Program-made: the position numbers and the translations under genes
NCBI GenBank assembly: GCA_043732185.1
Contig: JAYTHY010000104.1
Span: forward strand, 1-63,896
Length of the DNA stretch: 63,896 bases
DNA from: Fibrobacteria bacterium
GTDB taxonomy: Bacteria; Fibrobacterota; Fibrobacteria; UBA11236
Direction of reading: 5' to 3'
Notes under the pieces: generated by a model
The model's database searches: none
What the model was told of the DNA's origin: nothing
What the model saw: the letters and a program-made list of their open reading frames with translations, nothing else
Shown: one piece after another, positions 1-8,593 of the stretch
Layout: the number at the start of each line of letters is the position of its first letter
Position numbering within the stretch: position 1 is the first letter of the stretch

Positions 1-1128
1 CATGTAAGCGGTCAGGTAACTGGGCTGCTCTACCTGCACCGGCAAAGGCCGGACTCTCCGTTTACCGAACCCCAACGAAAATTATTTTCCCGCATAAGCA
101 ATCTGCTTGGTGGTGTTCTCGGAAGCAATCAAACTCAGCTGGAACAAGCCGCACGTATTGAAACCTTCAAACAGATCAAAGGCAGCGGCGATCTCGTTTT
201 CTCTTCAACGGGAATGGTTAAAGTCGTTGACGCAGCCCAGCGTGCGGCCATGAGCAATGTACCGGTTTTGATCACCGGCGAAACAGGAACTGGTAAGGAT
301 GTGTTTGCTACCTACATTCACACACATTCACCGCGCAAGGATAAACCCTTAATTGCCGTGAACTGTGGCGCTATACCAGAGCACCTTATTGAGAGCGAAC
401 TGTTTGGCCATGAAAAAGGAGCCTTTACTGGGGCTATTGGGCTTCAAAAGGGTTTGTTTGAGCAAGCACATGGTGGCACGTTGTTCCTTGATGAGGTCGG
501 AGAATTGCCGATGCTCATGCAGGTTAAATTCCTGCGCGCCCTTCAGTTTGGCTGCATCCGTAGAGTAGGAGGCAATGAAGAGGTTTCTGTGGATGTCCGG
601 ATAATTGCCGCGACCAATCGGAATTTATTGGAGGAGATAAGGGAAGGACGATTCCGAGAAGATCTTTATTATCGGCTCAATCTTGTTCAACTAAGCATTC
701 CTCCCTTGCGTGACCGGGAAGGCGATGTGCTGGCCTTGTCAACACACATTTTAAAAAAGGCGTGCGTCGCTTTTAATATGAATCCGGCAGTGCTTACCCG
801 TTCGGCAGAAAAGGCACTTCTCAAATATACATGGCCCGGAAATGTGCGCGAACTTGAGAACAAGATCCAGAAAGCGCTCTTGAATTCCAGTTCCCGTGTA
901 ATCGAATTGGAAAATCTGGAACTGCCGGAGGATCCAGGTCGTGAACTTTTATCATTGAAGTTGGCTCGTGAACAGGCGGAAGCCAAGGCTATTAATCTTG
1001 CGCTAGGAAAAGCGCGTGGAAATTTGACTTTGGCGGCATCATTTCTCGGCATTGATAGAAAGGTGCTTAGAGATATTATGGAACGGCTGGGCATTAGCAA
1101 AGAGGAGTTCAAAGGGGCCAAAGATTGA
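1..1128 (+). CDS. Sigma54-dependent transcriptional activator (GAF-like end + AAA+ + Fis HTH), 5'-truncated by the window
   Basis: Frame is open from base 1 ([14 protein letters not shown]...[12 protein letters not shown]-like). Motifs: Walker [51 protein letters not shown]-terminal HTH ([14 protein letters not shown]). Confidence 0.95.
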   Translation, partial: HVSGQVTGLLYLHRQRPDSPFTEPQRKLFSRISNLLGGVLGSNQTQLEQAARIETFKQIKGSGDLVFSSTGMVKVVDAAQRAAMSNVPVLITGETGTGKDVFATYIHTHSPRKDKPLIAVNCGAIPEHLIESELFGHEKGAFTGAIGLQKGLFEQAHGGTLFLDEVGELPMLMQVKFLRALQFGCIRRVGGNEEVSVDVRIIAATNRNLLEEIREGRFREDLYYRLNLVQLSIPPLRDREGDVLALSTHILKKACVAFNMNPAVLTRSAEKALLKYTWPGNVRELENKIQKALLNSSSRVIELENLELPEDPGRELLSLKLAREQAEAKAINLALGKARGNLTLAASFLGIDRKVLRDIMERLGISKEEFKGAKD

Positions 1129-1300
1129 ATACTCGGGTGGAAATGTTCCTGTCGCCTGCAATCAATATAAGCGCTTCAATTTTGTGTACTTAGCGAGTTT
1201 TGTATAACGAATAATAGAGAATGCGGAACAAATGGTAACGATTTAGCATTGCTTTTCACCCCTTAAATGGATGATTTTGAGGCTTTTAGGGGGAATACTT

Positions 1301-1317
1301 CTAGGCGTGAATCTTGC
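1301..1317 (+). promoter_or_regulatory. Sigma54 (-24/-12) promoter
   Basis: CTAGGCGTGAATCTTGC has GG(1304-5)-N10-GC(1316-7) with TTGC at -12. It lies ~55 nt before ATG 1371 and just downstream of the activator gene. Confidence 0.65.
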
Positions 1318-1370
1318 GGATATTTACTTTTAAATGCGTGGATAGTTAGGCAACCAGAACACATAAAAAA

Positions 1371-1859
1371 ATGCTACAAATAAATATTCAATCGGCGGTG
1401 TTGGCTTTTCTCCTATTGGCGGGACTGGCATTTGCAGATGAAAAATCCAAGCCAGGTGCAACAAATAAGATTGATGTAAAAGCCAGTTCTCGAACAGCAG
1501 CAAGTCCTATGCGCGTTGACGAACCTTCCAATAAACCGGCGCCTAAATCAGAATTCAAAATCTCCAATGCGCAGCGGAAACGCTTGCAAGATTTAAGCTT
1601 CGAACAAAAGTTAGCCTTTCGTTTGCATCAAGAAAAAATGCAAGCAATGATCAACGTTATCACTGAAAAGCGACGAATGCTTCAAGCGGCAAAACCTCGC
1701 GAGCGTGCCGCTCTTGCTATTGAACTGCATACCTTTATTCTCGATAGGGAATCGGGAAGTAGCGTGCCTGCAGTGCCCGCGCGTGTTTCTACCTCAGCTG
1801 GACCAGAGTTGGGGTCTGTATTACCTTCCGAAGCCGTGAAATTCAAGCACAGAGATTAA
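1371..1859 (+). CDS. Hypothetical secreted protein
   Basis: 162-aa ORF with signal peptide (AVLAFLLLAGLAFA|DE) and a helical charged core. Confidence 0.7.
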   Translation: MLQINIQSAVLAFLLLAGLAFADEKSKPGATNKIDVKASSRTAASPMRVDEPSNKPAPKSEFKISNAQRKRLQDLSFEQKLAFRLHQEKMQAMINVITEKRRMLQAAKPRERAALAIELHTFILDRESGSSVPAVPARVSTSAGPELGSVLPSEAVKFKHRD

Positions 1860-1914
1860 TCAAGGATTAGGCGCTGACCAGAGAAACCCATAATTCCAAA
1901 TGGAATCTGGTTCT

Positions 1915-3711
1915 TCAACGCAGAACGACCAACGGCCTTAGCCTTTCCTTTTCGAGTCGATAATAATAAATTCCAGGTTTTACTGCTTTGGAATTTTCAT
2001 CGCGTAAATCCCAAGTAAGTATCGTGTCCGAAGTGGCAAATTTTAACTGACGAAGCTGTGTTCCGTCTTCACTAAATACGTCAATTGTGGCGGGGAAAAG
2101 CATTCCTTTCGCTTGTGAAAAGAATAATCCAGCAGGTGTGGTGAGGTGTACGGGGTTGGGAAATGCATAAAAGGCAGCTTCCGGCGTCTTAATCTCAATT
2201 AAGGCCGAGTCCGTAAAAGACGCGTTTGGTAAAACGAGAAAGTATTCCTTAAAACCCGGTCGGGGTGGTCCTAAAGTAATTTGTGTATCGGCTATTTGTT
2301 CTACTACTGTACTGTCACTGTTCGTATGGATGCGCGTGATGCCTTTGAGGCCATTAAGACCCTTGGTTTGCAATACCTTAATCACGGATGCATTGTCCCA
2401 AGTTACCTTTAAAACCATGAAAGTTAGCGCTGGTAGCTCAAGCAGCCTGTAGGCCATGGTTTCACTCATGTCCAAGGAATCGGTTGAGAGGTTTGACCAA
2501 AGCGGGATGTCCGATGAAAAAAGACCAGGGGGTGGGTGAAAGCGTTTGCCACTAAAAAGCAGTTGGGCAGCATAATCGGGATAGACATCAGCCATCGTCT
2601 TTCCATATTTTTGAAATGTGGTTTCCAGCCCCTTCCGGAGGTCATCCTTATTATTGGCTAATTCTTCCCAAACTTTTACATCGAAATATTTGTCTAGGGT
2701 TTGACTTAGGAAAACATGAAAAATACCGTTGCCGTACACAGGACTATGCGTGCATGGCCCTGCTGCTAAGGCGTTTAAGGCTACGCGCTCATGGTTATTA
2801 AGTATGCAGGGAAGGTATTGGAAATAGTCATTGACTTCCGGTGCGTTCCGCTCCTCCATGCCTACTGCTGAAATCTCGTACCAGGCATGATAAGAAGTCA
2901 CACGCGGGTTGTAAGTAAATTGAATGGCATGGTAAAACTCGTGATAAGCCGTAACCTTGATGCCCAATTCCCATTCCGCGGCATAATCGTGAAGCAGAAC
3001 GCCAGATACTTGGCTCTTGATGCTTTGGCCGACTATGCGTCCGGTGGAGTCTAAATGGGTATTCCAAAGGAAATCGTTTTCAAATGTGATGGAAAGATTG
3101 TCAGGAGGGTACGTGACGGCATAGGTTTCGCCAAAGAACTCTCTATCCGCCGTTCCAACATCGACAATATCCACTGGGAATTTTTTGGGTAACAGACCCG
3201 ATACCTTGTATTGAACTGAGCCGATGGTGGCTACCGGGGCTTTCATCCCCAAATTGACTACGTAGGAATTCCAGGCCGCTTCAAAATACTCTCTGACTTT
3301 TAGTATAAATTCCGGATGCGGTGCGCCCGCCACATCTAGTCGAGCATACACTGCCGAATCCCGTTTGGCTTCTGGAAGGACGGCCAGCAATCTGTATAGT
3401 GAGTCTGCGGCCTGGGTGAGTAATTGGTCCTCAGGACCTGTGCGCACCTTGTGCAAGCCACGTAGGGAATAATGGATTAGAAAGTGATTGGTCTCGAGAG
3501 TGCGAGCCCGAGTGTCGATGGCCGAATTGCGATTTAGATTTCCGGATTTGAAGCTTACCCGTGGTTGTTTTCTGCCTGGGTCAAATAACAAGGCTGTGCC
3601 GCATTGGCCGGCCTGGATGTGTTTTGGCAACGTCAGGAAGGTGAGGGAGAGTAAAATCGAGCTATAAAAAATTAAATCTCGGAAGGATTTCAGGTTAGCT
3701 CCTGTTTTCAA
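1915..3711 (-). CDS. Secreted zinc metalloprotease (MXAN_6640-like) with FlgD/T9SS-like C-terminal domain
   Basis: Signal peptide; TAYHEFYHAIQ zincin motif followed by WYEISAVGMEE; C-terminus FPNP...LTWDLRDENSKAVKPGIYYYRL. Confidence 0.8.
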   Translation of the reverse strand: MKTGANLKSFRDLIFYSSILLSLTFLTLPKHIQAGQCGTALLFDPGRKQPRVSFKSGNLNRNSAIDTRARTLETNHFLIHYSLRGLHKVRTGPEDQLLTQAADSLYRLLAVLPEAKRDSAVYARLDVAGAPHPEFILKVREYFEAAWNSYVVNLGMKAPVATIGSVQYKVSGLLPKKFPVDIVDVGTADREFFGETYAVTYPPDNLSITFENDFLWNTHLDSTGRIVGQSIKSQVSGVLLHDYAAEWELGIKVTAYHEFYHAIQFTYNPRVTSYHAWYEISAVGMEERNAPEVNDYFQYLPCILNNHERVALNALAAGPCTHSPVYGNGIFHVFLSQTLDKYFDVKVWEELANNKDDLRKGLETTFQKYGKTMADVYPDYAAQLLFSGKRFHPPPGLFSSDIPLWSNLSTDSLDMSETMAYRLLELPALTFMVLKVTWDNASVIKVLQTKGLNGLKGITRIHTNSDSTVVEQIADTQITLGPPRPGFKEYFLVLPNASFTDSALIEIKTPEAAFYAFPNPVHLTTPAGLFFSQAKGMLFPATIDVFSEDGTQLRQLKFATSDTILTWDLRDENSKAVKPGIYYYRLEKERLRPLVVLR

Positions 3712-3720
3712 GGGTGAAAT

Positions 3721-4410
3721 TCATCCGCCTACAAATTTGTAACCAGAGCCGTGAATGGATAAAATCAGTTTGGGATTCTTTGGGTTCTGTTCAAAGATTT
3801 TCCGCAACTGGACGATGTGGTTGTCGACGGTTCGGCTTTGCATGTAGGTTTCAATGCCCCATACCTTTTGCAATAACTCTTCTCGAGTCACCACCTGGTT
3901 TCTGCGCTCCCAGAACAATTTCATGATCATGGCTTCTTTGTAACTCAGGCGCACCTTTTTATCACCTATAGTAGCTTCAAAGTTTTCGAAATTGATATGG
4001 GTGGTGCCAAAACGCGCTTCTACTCCGGAGTCCTTCTGACTCAGCCAATCGCGGCTTCGGAGTAACGATCGGATGCGTGCGACCAGAACATTGATGTCAA
4101 AAGGTTTGGTGAGATAATCATCGGCGCCGCTATTAAGCCCTTCCACAATGTCTTCTTTTGAATCCCGGGCGGTGAGCAAGAGGACGGGAACGGCAACATT
4201 CGTTATGCGTAACTTGCGCAGCACCTCCATCCCATCTGCTCCCGGTAACATCCAGTCGAGAACCAAGAGATCGAAATCCTTTTCAGCGAACATGGCAAGC
4301 CCAGATTCTCCGTCCGCACAATGAGTGACCTCGAAGCCTTCTGCCTTAAGGTTAAATTCCAAACCGATAGCCATGTTTCGATCGTCCTCGATGAGCAGAA
4401 TTCGTTTCAC
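3721..4410 (-). CDS. OmpR/PhoB-family response regulator
   Basis: ILLIEDD, LVLDWMLPG, GADDYLTKPF, winged helix RTVDNHI...GSGYKF. GTG start at 4410 overlaps the kinase TGA (GTGA). Confidence 0.95.
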   Translation of the reverse strand: MKRILLIEDDRNMAIGLEFNLKAEGFEVTHCADGESGLAMFAEKDFDLLVLDWMLPGADGMEVLRKLRITNVAVPVLLLTARDSKEDIVEGLNSGADDYLTKPFDINVLVARIRSLLRSRDWLSQKDSGVEARFGTTHINFENFEATIGDKKVRLSYKEAMIMKLFWERRNQVVTREELLQKVWGIETYMQSRTVDNHIVQLRKIFEQNPKNPKLILSIHGSGYKFVGG

Positions 4411-5342
4411 GTTGACCTCGGAAAACTCATGGTAAAGCAATTGCCTTTTCCAGCTTCCCCTTCCGGAATTCCAGATATGAGCTGCACGGTCCCTTTGTGT
4501 TCCCGCATGATGGTCTTGACAATATAGAGACCCAAACCTACTCCATTTTGGCGACGGGTATCCCGCGTCGGTATCCGAAAAAATCTGCGGAAAATCTTCT
4601 TCGCGTACTTTTTGGGGATAGGTAATCCTTTGTCGCGTACGCTAATATGCACCTCGGCTTCATCCACTTTCAAATCCAGCGAGGGAATGCTGCCCTTTCC
4701 ATATTTCTCGGCATTATTTACCAGATTGGTCAGGGCCAGATCGAGCAAAATCGGATCCACCTGAGCCACGACCGGAGCGTCTTCATTTGCCTGCAATTGA
4801 AGGGGGCGAGGCCATTTACGTGCGAATTCCTTCAGAAATTCTCGCAGGTCCATTTTGTGTCGTTTAATGGGAAGCGCACCTCTTTCGATTTGCTGCGATT
4901 TGAGAAGATGAGTTAATAGCAAATTCAAACGGGTGCAGTCGTTTAGAATGCATTCCAAGAAGTGGGCGCGTTCCACCGATCCCACCTCTTTTTCCACCAT
5001 GGTTTGCGCAAACATCTGAATGGAAGCCATTGGCAATTTCAGCTCATGGGTCATCATGTTTACAAAATCTTTCTGCTGCTTTTTGAACCGCGCCCCGCGT
5101 AGGAATGTGACGAAAAAGATGGATAGCGTCACCAGCACCAAGGATAAAAAGGTAATCCCGATGGTGAGGACGGTCCATCGCCCCTTGGCAGGTACATTTG
5201 GATCGCCATGGGTCACGGTATAGAGTTCCCTGATAGTATGGTAATCAGAAATGATATAGACATTCCAAAAGACAAGCAAGGTGATGACCATGCCTGCCGC
5301 GAGCACGAAAATAACCGTGAACATGGCCGTCTTGACACTCAT
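4407..5342 (-). CDS. Membrane sensor histidine kinase
   Basis: Two TM helices, H-box MTHELKLP, N-box NLVNNAEKY, G2 box GVGLGLYIV. Confidence 0.95.
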   Translation of the reverse strand: MSVKTAMFTVIFVLAAGMVITLLVFWNVYIISDYHTIRELYTVTHGDPNVPAKGRWTVLTIGITFLSLVLVTLSIFFVTFLRGARFKKQQKDFVNMMTHELKLPMASIQMFAQTMVEKEVGSVERAHFLECILNDCTRLNLLLTHLLKSQQIERGALPIKRHKMDLREFLKEFARKWPRPLQLQANEDAPVVAQVDPILLDLALTNLVNNAEKYGKGSIPSLDLKVDEAEVHISVRDKGLPIPKKYAKKIFRRFFRIPTRDTRRQNGVGLGLYIVKTIMREHKGTVQLISGIPEGEAGKGNCFTMSFPRST

Positions 5343-5398
5343 GTCCTTAAATCTAACAAGATGGGGATTTAAGGGATGCTGGAAGGCTCTTTAGGATC

Positions 5399-6220
5399 TT
5401 ACGAAATGGGGGAGTTGCTCAGGAATTCAACCAAGGCAGTCAGAAGAAAGGCGCCATCGTAGCGGCCTTGGCCTTCCTCATGATGGTCATTGGCCCAGGC
5501 CAAGGCCAATGTCATAGGAATAACTTGAGGCTGGGCTTTTAAAACCAGGGCGGACAATTTGGAAAGAGCTTCGGTTAAGCCTGCCGCTAAGGGCACGGCT
5601 TTGGTTGGCAGTTCATCTGGCTTGCCACAGTTGGCTGCCGGTGAGGTAACCAAAAATTCCCGACAGGCGGATGGCCGATTGGCATGTATGGAGCAGGATT
5701 CGTCTTCCAGAAATGGGCAGGGTATACCCAGACGAAAATAATCCAGGCCCAAGCGAAGCACATCGTTTTCAGAGGCGGTATTGGAAAGCGAGCGCTGCGC
5801 GAATCCTTCAGCATGCAACCGCTCCCACGCGGCAGCAAACCGGGCTAGTACTTCCGTTTTACGGGCCACCGGCAAGGCTGCTACGACATCGGCCAGCATC
5901 CACGCCTCAGCAGGGGAAACAGGTACGGCTTGACGGCAGCAGGCGCCGCAACCTTTCGAGCAGGACACGTTACGTCCTTGCTTGGCTTCGGCTGCCACAG
6001 CCATGCCTACCAACTTGTCATCCAGGGCCATCACATTCCAGGCCAGTTCGGAAAGTCGCATTTTGGACTCAGGAACAGGCATGTTACCTCGAAGTCGTCC
6101 AAAAGGAGTTTTAATATCGATTTCCAAAATCGGTGGTCCTGCTGTTTTCGGGCTGCCATCTGGACCATGTGAACCATCTGAGCCAATTGGACCATCTGAA
6201 CCATGCAGAGATTGGGGCAT
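5399..6220 (-). CDS. YkgJ/FliB-like cysteine-cluster (CxxxCxxCC) protein
   Basis: CSKGCGACC, CPFLEDESCSIH, RPSACR. Start placed at ATG 6220. Confidence 0.85.
   Translation of the reverse strand: MPQSLHGSDGPIGSDGSHGPDGSPKTAGPPILEIDIKTPFGRLRGNMPVPESKMRLSELAWNVMALDDKLVGMAVAAEAKQGRNVSCSKGCGACCRQAVPVSPAEAWMLADVVAALPVARKTEVLARFAAAWERLHAEGFAQRSLSNTASENDVLRLGLDYFRLGIPCPFLEDESCSIHANRPSACREFLVTSPAANCGKPDELPTKAVPLAAGLTEALSKLSALVLKAQPQVIPMTLALAWANDHHEEGQGRYDGAFLLTALVEFLSNSPIS
6156..6209. repeat. Degenerate 9-bp tandem repeat (6 units, CCATCTGRA-like)
   Basis: ccatctgga ccatgtgaa ccatctgag ccaattgga ccatctgaa ccatgcaga; encodes Gly every third residue at the N-terminus of the YkgJ protein. Confidence 0.75.
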
Positions 6221-6326
6221 GAAGCAAAACCTACCAATTGATCCGGAAAACCCAAATAGCAAGGGTTTAGCCATAAGGTTACCATGGTTGGAGGCAATCC
6301 GGTTTGATGGTATATTGCCTATACAA

Positions 6327-7088
6327 ATGCTGAGGAAATCCTACCCATTCTGGGTGGCGGCCGTGACTCTGTTCGTAGGCTGCGACTTCTTCTCTACTCG
6401 GGATATTCTTCCCAAGCCGCCGGATATTCGCGCCTTTCAAGGGCTTTTCAAACCAGGTGACAGCGTTGGTTTTTATGTGGTTGAATCTCTAAGGGAAACC
6501 GGTAGTCCAGTCGATAAGCAGGTCCTATCCAAACGTCGATTGATGTTCACTTTTGAAAGCGACACTGTAATTGCCGGGGACAGCTTTAAAGTTCTATCGC
6601 TGCGAATTACGGAGGAGCCCTCAGGTAATGTGATTGAAAAGGCTAAGCGCTTGCTCCGGTTTTCAGGAGACGGGCTGGAACTTTCAAATTCCGGAACTGG
6701 AGGCGGGGCACGATTTTATCCGCTTAAGGTGGGTGTTAGCGCTAATGCCCAAACCACGGGTGCTTCTTTGGACACAACTAGTTATCTCGCCTTACCGGCG
6801 GTTTTTTCCGAAGGTTGGCAGATGCGGCATGCTACGGGGCCTTTGACGATTGACCGGTTGCTAGCGCCGTCCGCGGATACACTTGCCTATCATGCCCACT
6901 CAGAGGCGACCTGGAGCATTCTGGAAACGGTTAAAGACAGCAGCCTTGTCCTCTCCAAGGGAGAATACTGGTATGGCGCTTCAGGCCTTTTAAAAGTTGA
7001 AATGGTTTGGCCCAATTTTGAATGGCGTGAAGCGAATGCGTCTGTAGCGGGTAACGTAGACTTGCACCGCCATTTGGAAAGGATATAG
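6327..7088 (+). CDS. Lipoprotein of unknown function
   Basis: ATG 6327 gives MLRKSYPFWVAAVTLFVG|C with a lipobox and a beta-rich body. The longer track ORF from 5982 overlaps the opposite-strand gene. Confidence 0.8.
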   Translation: MLRKSYPFWVAAVTLFVGCDFFSTRDILPKPPDIRAFQGLFKPGDSVGFYVVESLRETGSPVDKQVLSKRRLMFTFESDTVIAGDSFKVLSLRITEEPSGNVIEKAKRLLRFSGDGLELSNSGTGGGARFYPLKVGVSANAQTTGASLDTTSYLALPAVFSEGWQMRHATGPLTIDRLLAPSADTLAYHAHSEATWSILETVKDSSLVLSKGEYWYGASGLLKVEMVWPNFEWREANASVAGNVDLHRHLERI

Positions 7089-7091
7089 TTC

Positions 7092-7799
7092 ATGCAACCG
7101 CATGCCATTGCTTGTCAGGGCCTGGAACTGGATTATGGATCCGGTTCCGTCATCGGCCCGCTTTCGATAGACATACCGGCGGGTTCCTGCGTGGCTCTGG
7201 TGGGCGAAAACGGCGCCGGCAAATCCTCTTTCATCAGTATGATTCTGCGACTTCGCCCATGGAATCGGGGGTCGGCAACCCTCTTCGGCGAGCCCGCCAC
7301 ATCGCCCGGCGCCCGCCGTGGTATCGGTTATCTCCAGGAAGCGGTTGATTTTCCGGAACGTGCTTGCGCGAAAGATCTCATCTCCTTGCATTCCCGGCTT
7401 GCCGGATTGGATAAGAATATGGCCGGTTCAGAATTGGAGGCGTACTTGGAAGGCTTCGGACTGGAATTGACCTCCAAACCTATTCGCGCCTATTCTAAGG
7501 GTATGAAGCAAAGGTTGGCCCTGGCCATAGCCATGCTCGATTGCAGCCGCATGCTCATTCTCGATGAACCCAATAGCGGCTTGGACCCGGTTGGCATCGC
7601 CATGTTGCGTTCAAAACTGGATACACTCAAGGCTCAGGGCACGACATTACTTATTTCCACCCATCGCTTGGCGGAAGTGATGCAGGTAGCCAACACTGTG
7701 CTGGTGTTGCACAAGGGAAAAGTTGCCGGGGTCAGTCCAATGGCCGAGTTTCCTGATTTCGGGGCCTTTGAGAAATATTTTCTGGACCGGGTACAATGA
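7092..7799 (+). CDS. ABC transporter ATP-binding protein (ABC-2/exporter type)
   Basis: Walker A GENGAGKS, signature YSKGMKQR, Walker B LILDEP, H-loop ISTH. Confidence 0.95.
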   Translation: MQPHAIACQGLELDYGSGSVIGPLSIDIPAGSCVALVGENGAGKSSFISMILRLRPWNRGSATLFGEPATSPGARRGIGYLQEAVDFPERACAKDLISLHSRLAGLDKNMAGSELEAYLEGFGLELTSKPIRAYSKGMKQRLALAIAMLDCSRMLILDEPNSGLDPVGIAMLRSKLDTLKAQGTTLLISTHRLAEVMQVANTVLVLHKGKVAGVSPMAEFPDFGAFEKYFLDRVQ

Positions 7800-8593
7800 C
7801 TGGAATCGGACGAAAACGAAAACTGTATTTGCTCCTGTTTGAGCTCATTCCAACTTTAAAAGGACCGCTGCTTTGGGTGGCCTTGTCCAGCTTGGGACTG
7901 CTTGTCATTCCCGTGCACTTTATTTTTGTTGGTGAGTTTTCCGTCAATGGCCAACTCTTGGCCCAGGATCTGCGGCTCAATTATGTATTGGCGGTGGGGT
8001 ATTCGACCATCGTTTTTCTCACTACTCTTTTGACGCTTTCCCTTTGCTTGGATCGAACGGGGATCCACTACCTTCGCAATAACGATTTGCTCGTTCTGGC
8101 GCGTAACTTCGGGCGTCCAGCATTTTATTTCACCAAATTGGCTTCGGTACTGGTGCCAGCTCTCGTCTATGCACTATTGGGGTTAACCCTTTTCTGGGAA
8201 GAGCTGTATCGTCTGGCCGGTGTAAATCTTTTCCGCGTTTTCCTACTCATTCTTCCCTTGTCTCTCAGTATGACCTGCCTGGTGACCGTGTACTTTTTGC
8301 TTCGACATTTCCTACGCAACTTTGTGATTTTCTTTCTTTCACTTTTGTTGCTTCCGGTTATTTATATCGGCAATTTGTGGCGGTATTATGGTGGTGCCTT
8401 GCGCGAGGGCGTCCCGCATATGCCCATTCTGGGTTTACTCCCCCAGTTTGGTGGGATCCATGCGTATTCATTGGGTATGGTTGCCGATGCCTTCCTTAGG
8501 GAGGATACTTGGCAAGCCTTGGCAAATGGCTTTGCCTGGACGGCAATGGCCTTGGGAGTGGGCGTGTTTTTGTTTACCCGCAAGCAGCTTTAA
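7796..8593 (+). CDS. ABC-2-type permease
   Basis: About 6 TM helices; ATGA overlap with the ATPase. Confidence 0.8.
   Translation: MTGIGRKRKLYLLLFELIPTLKGPLLWVALSSLGLLVIPVHFIFVGEFSVNGQLLAQDLRLNYVLAVGYSTIVFLTTLLTLSLCLDRTGIHYLRNNDLLVLARNFGRPAFYFTKLASVLVPALVYALLGLTLFWEELYRLAGVNLFRVFLLILPLSLSMTCLVTVYFLLRHFLRNFVIFFLSLLLLPVIYIGNLWRYYGGALREGVPHMPILGLLPQFGGIHAYSLGMVADAFLREDTWQALANGFAWTAMALGVGVFLFTRKQL

Noticed and set aside
5982..6326. N-terminal extension of the 368-aa track ORF
   Set aside because: It overlaps the opposite-strand YkgJ gene, and a clean lipoprotein signal starts at ATG 6327.
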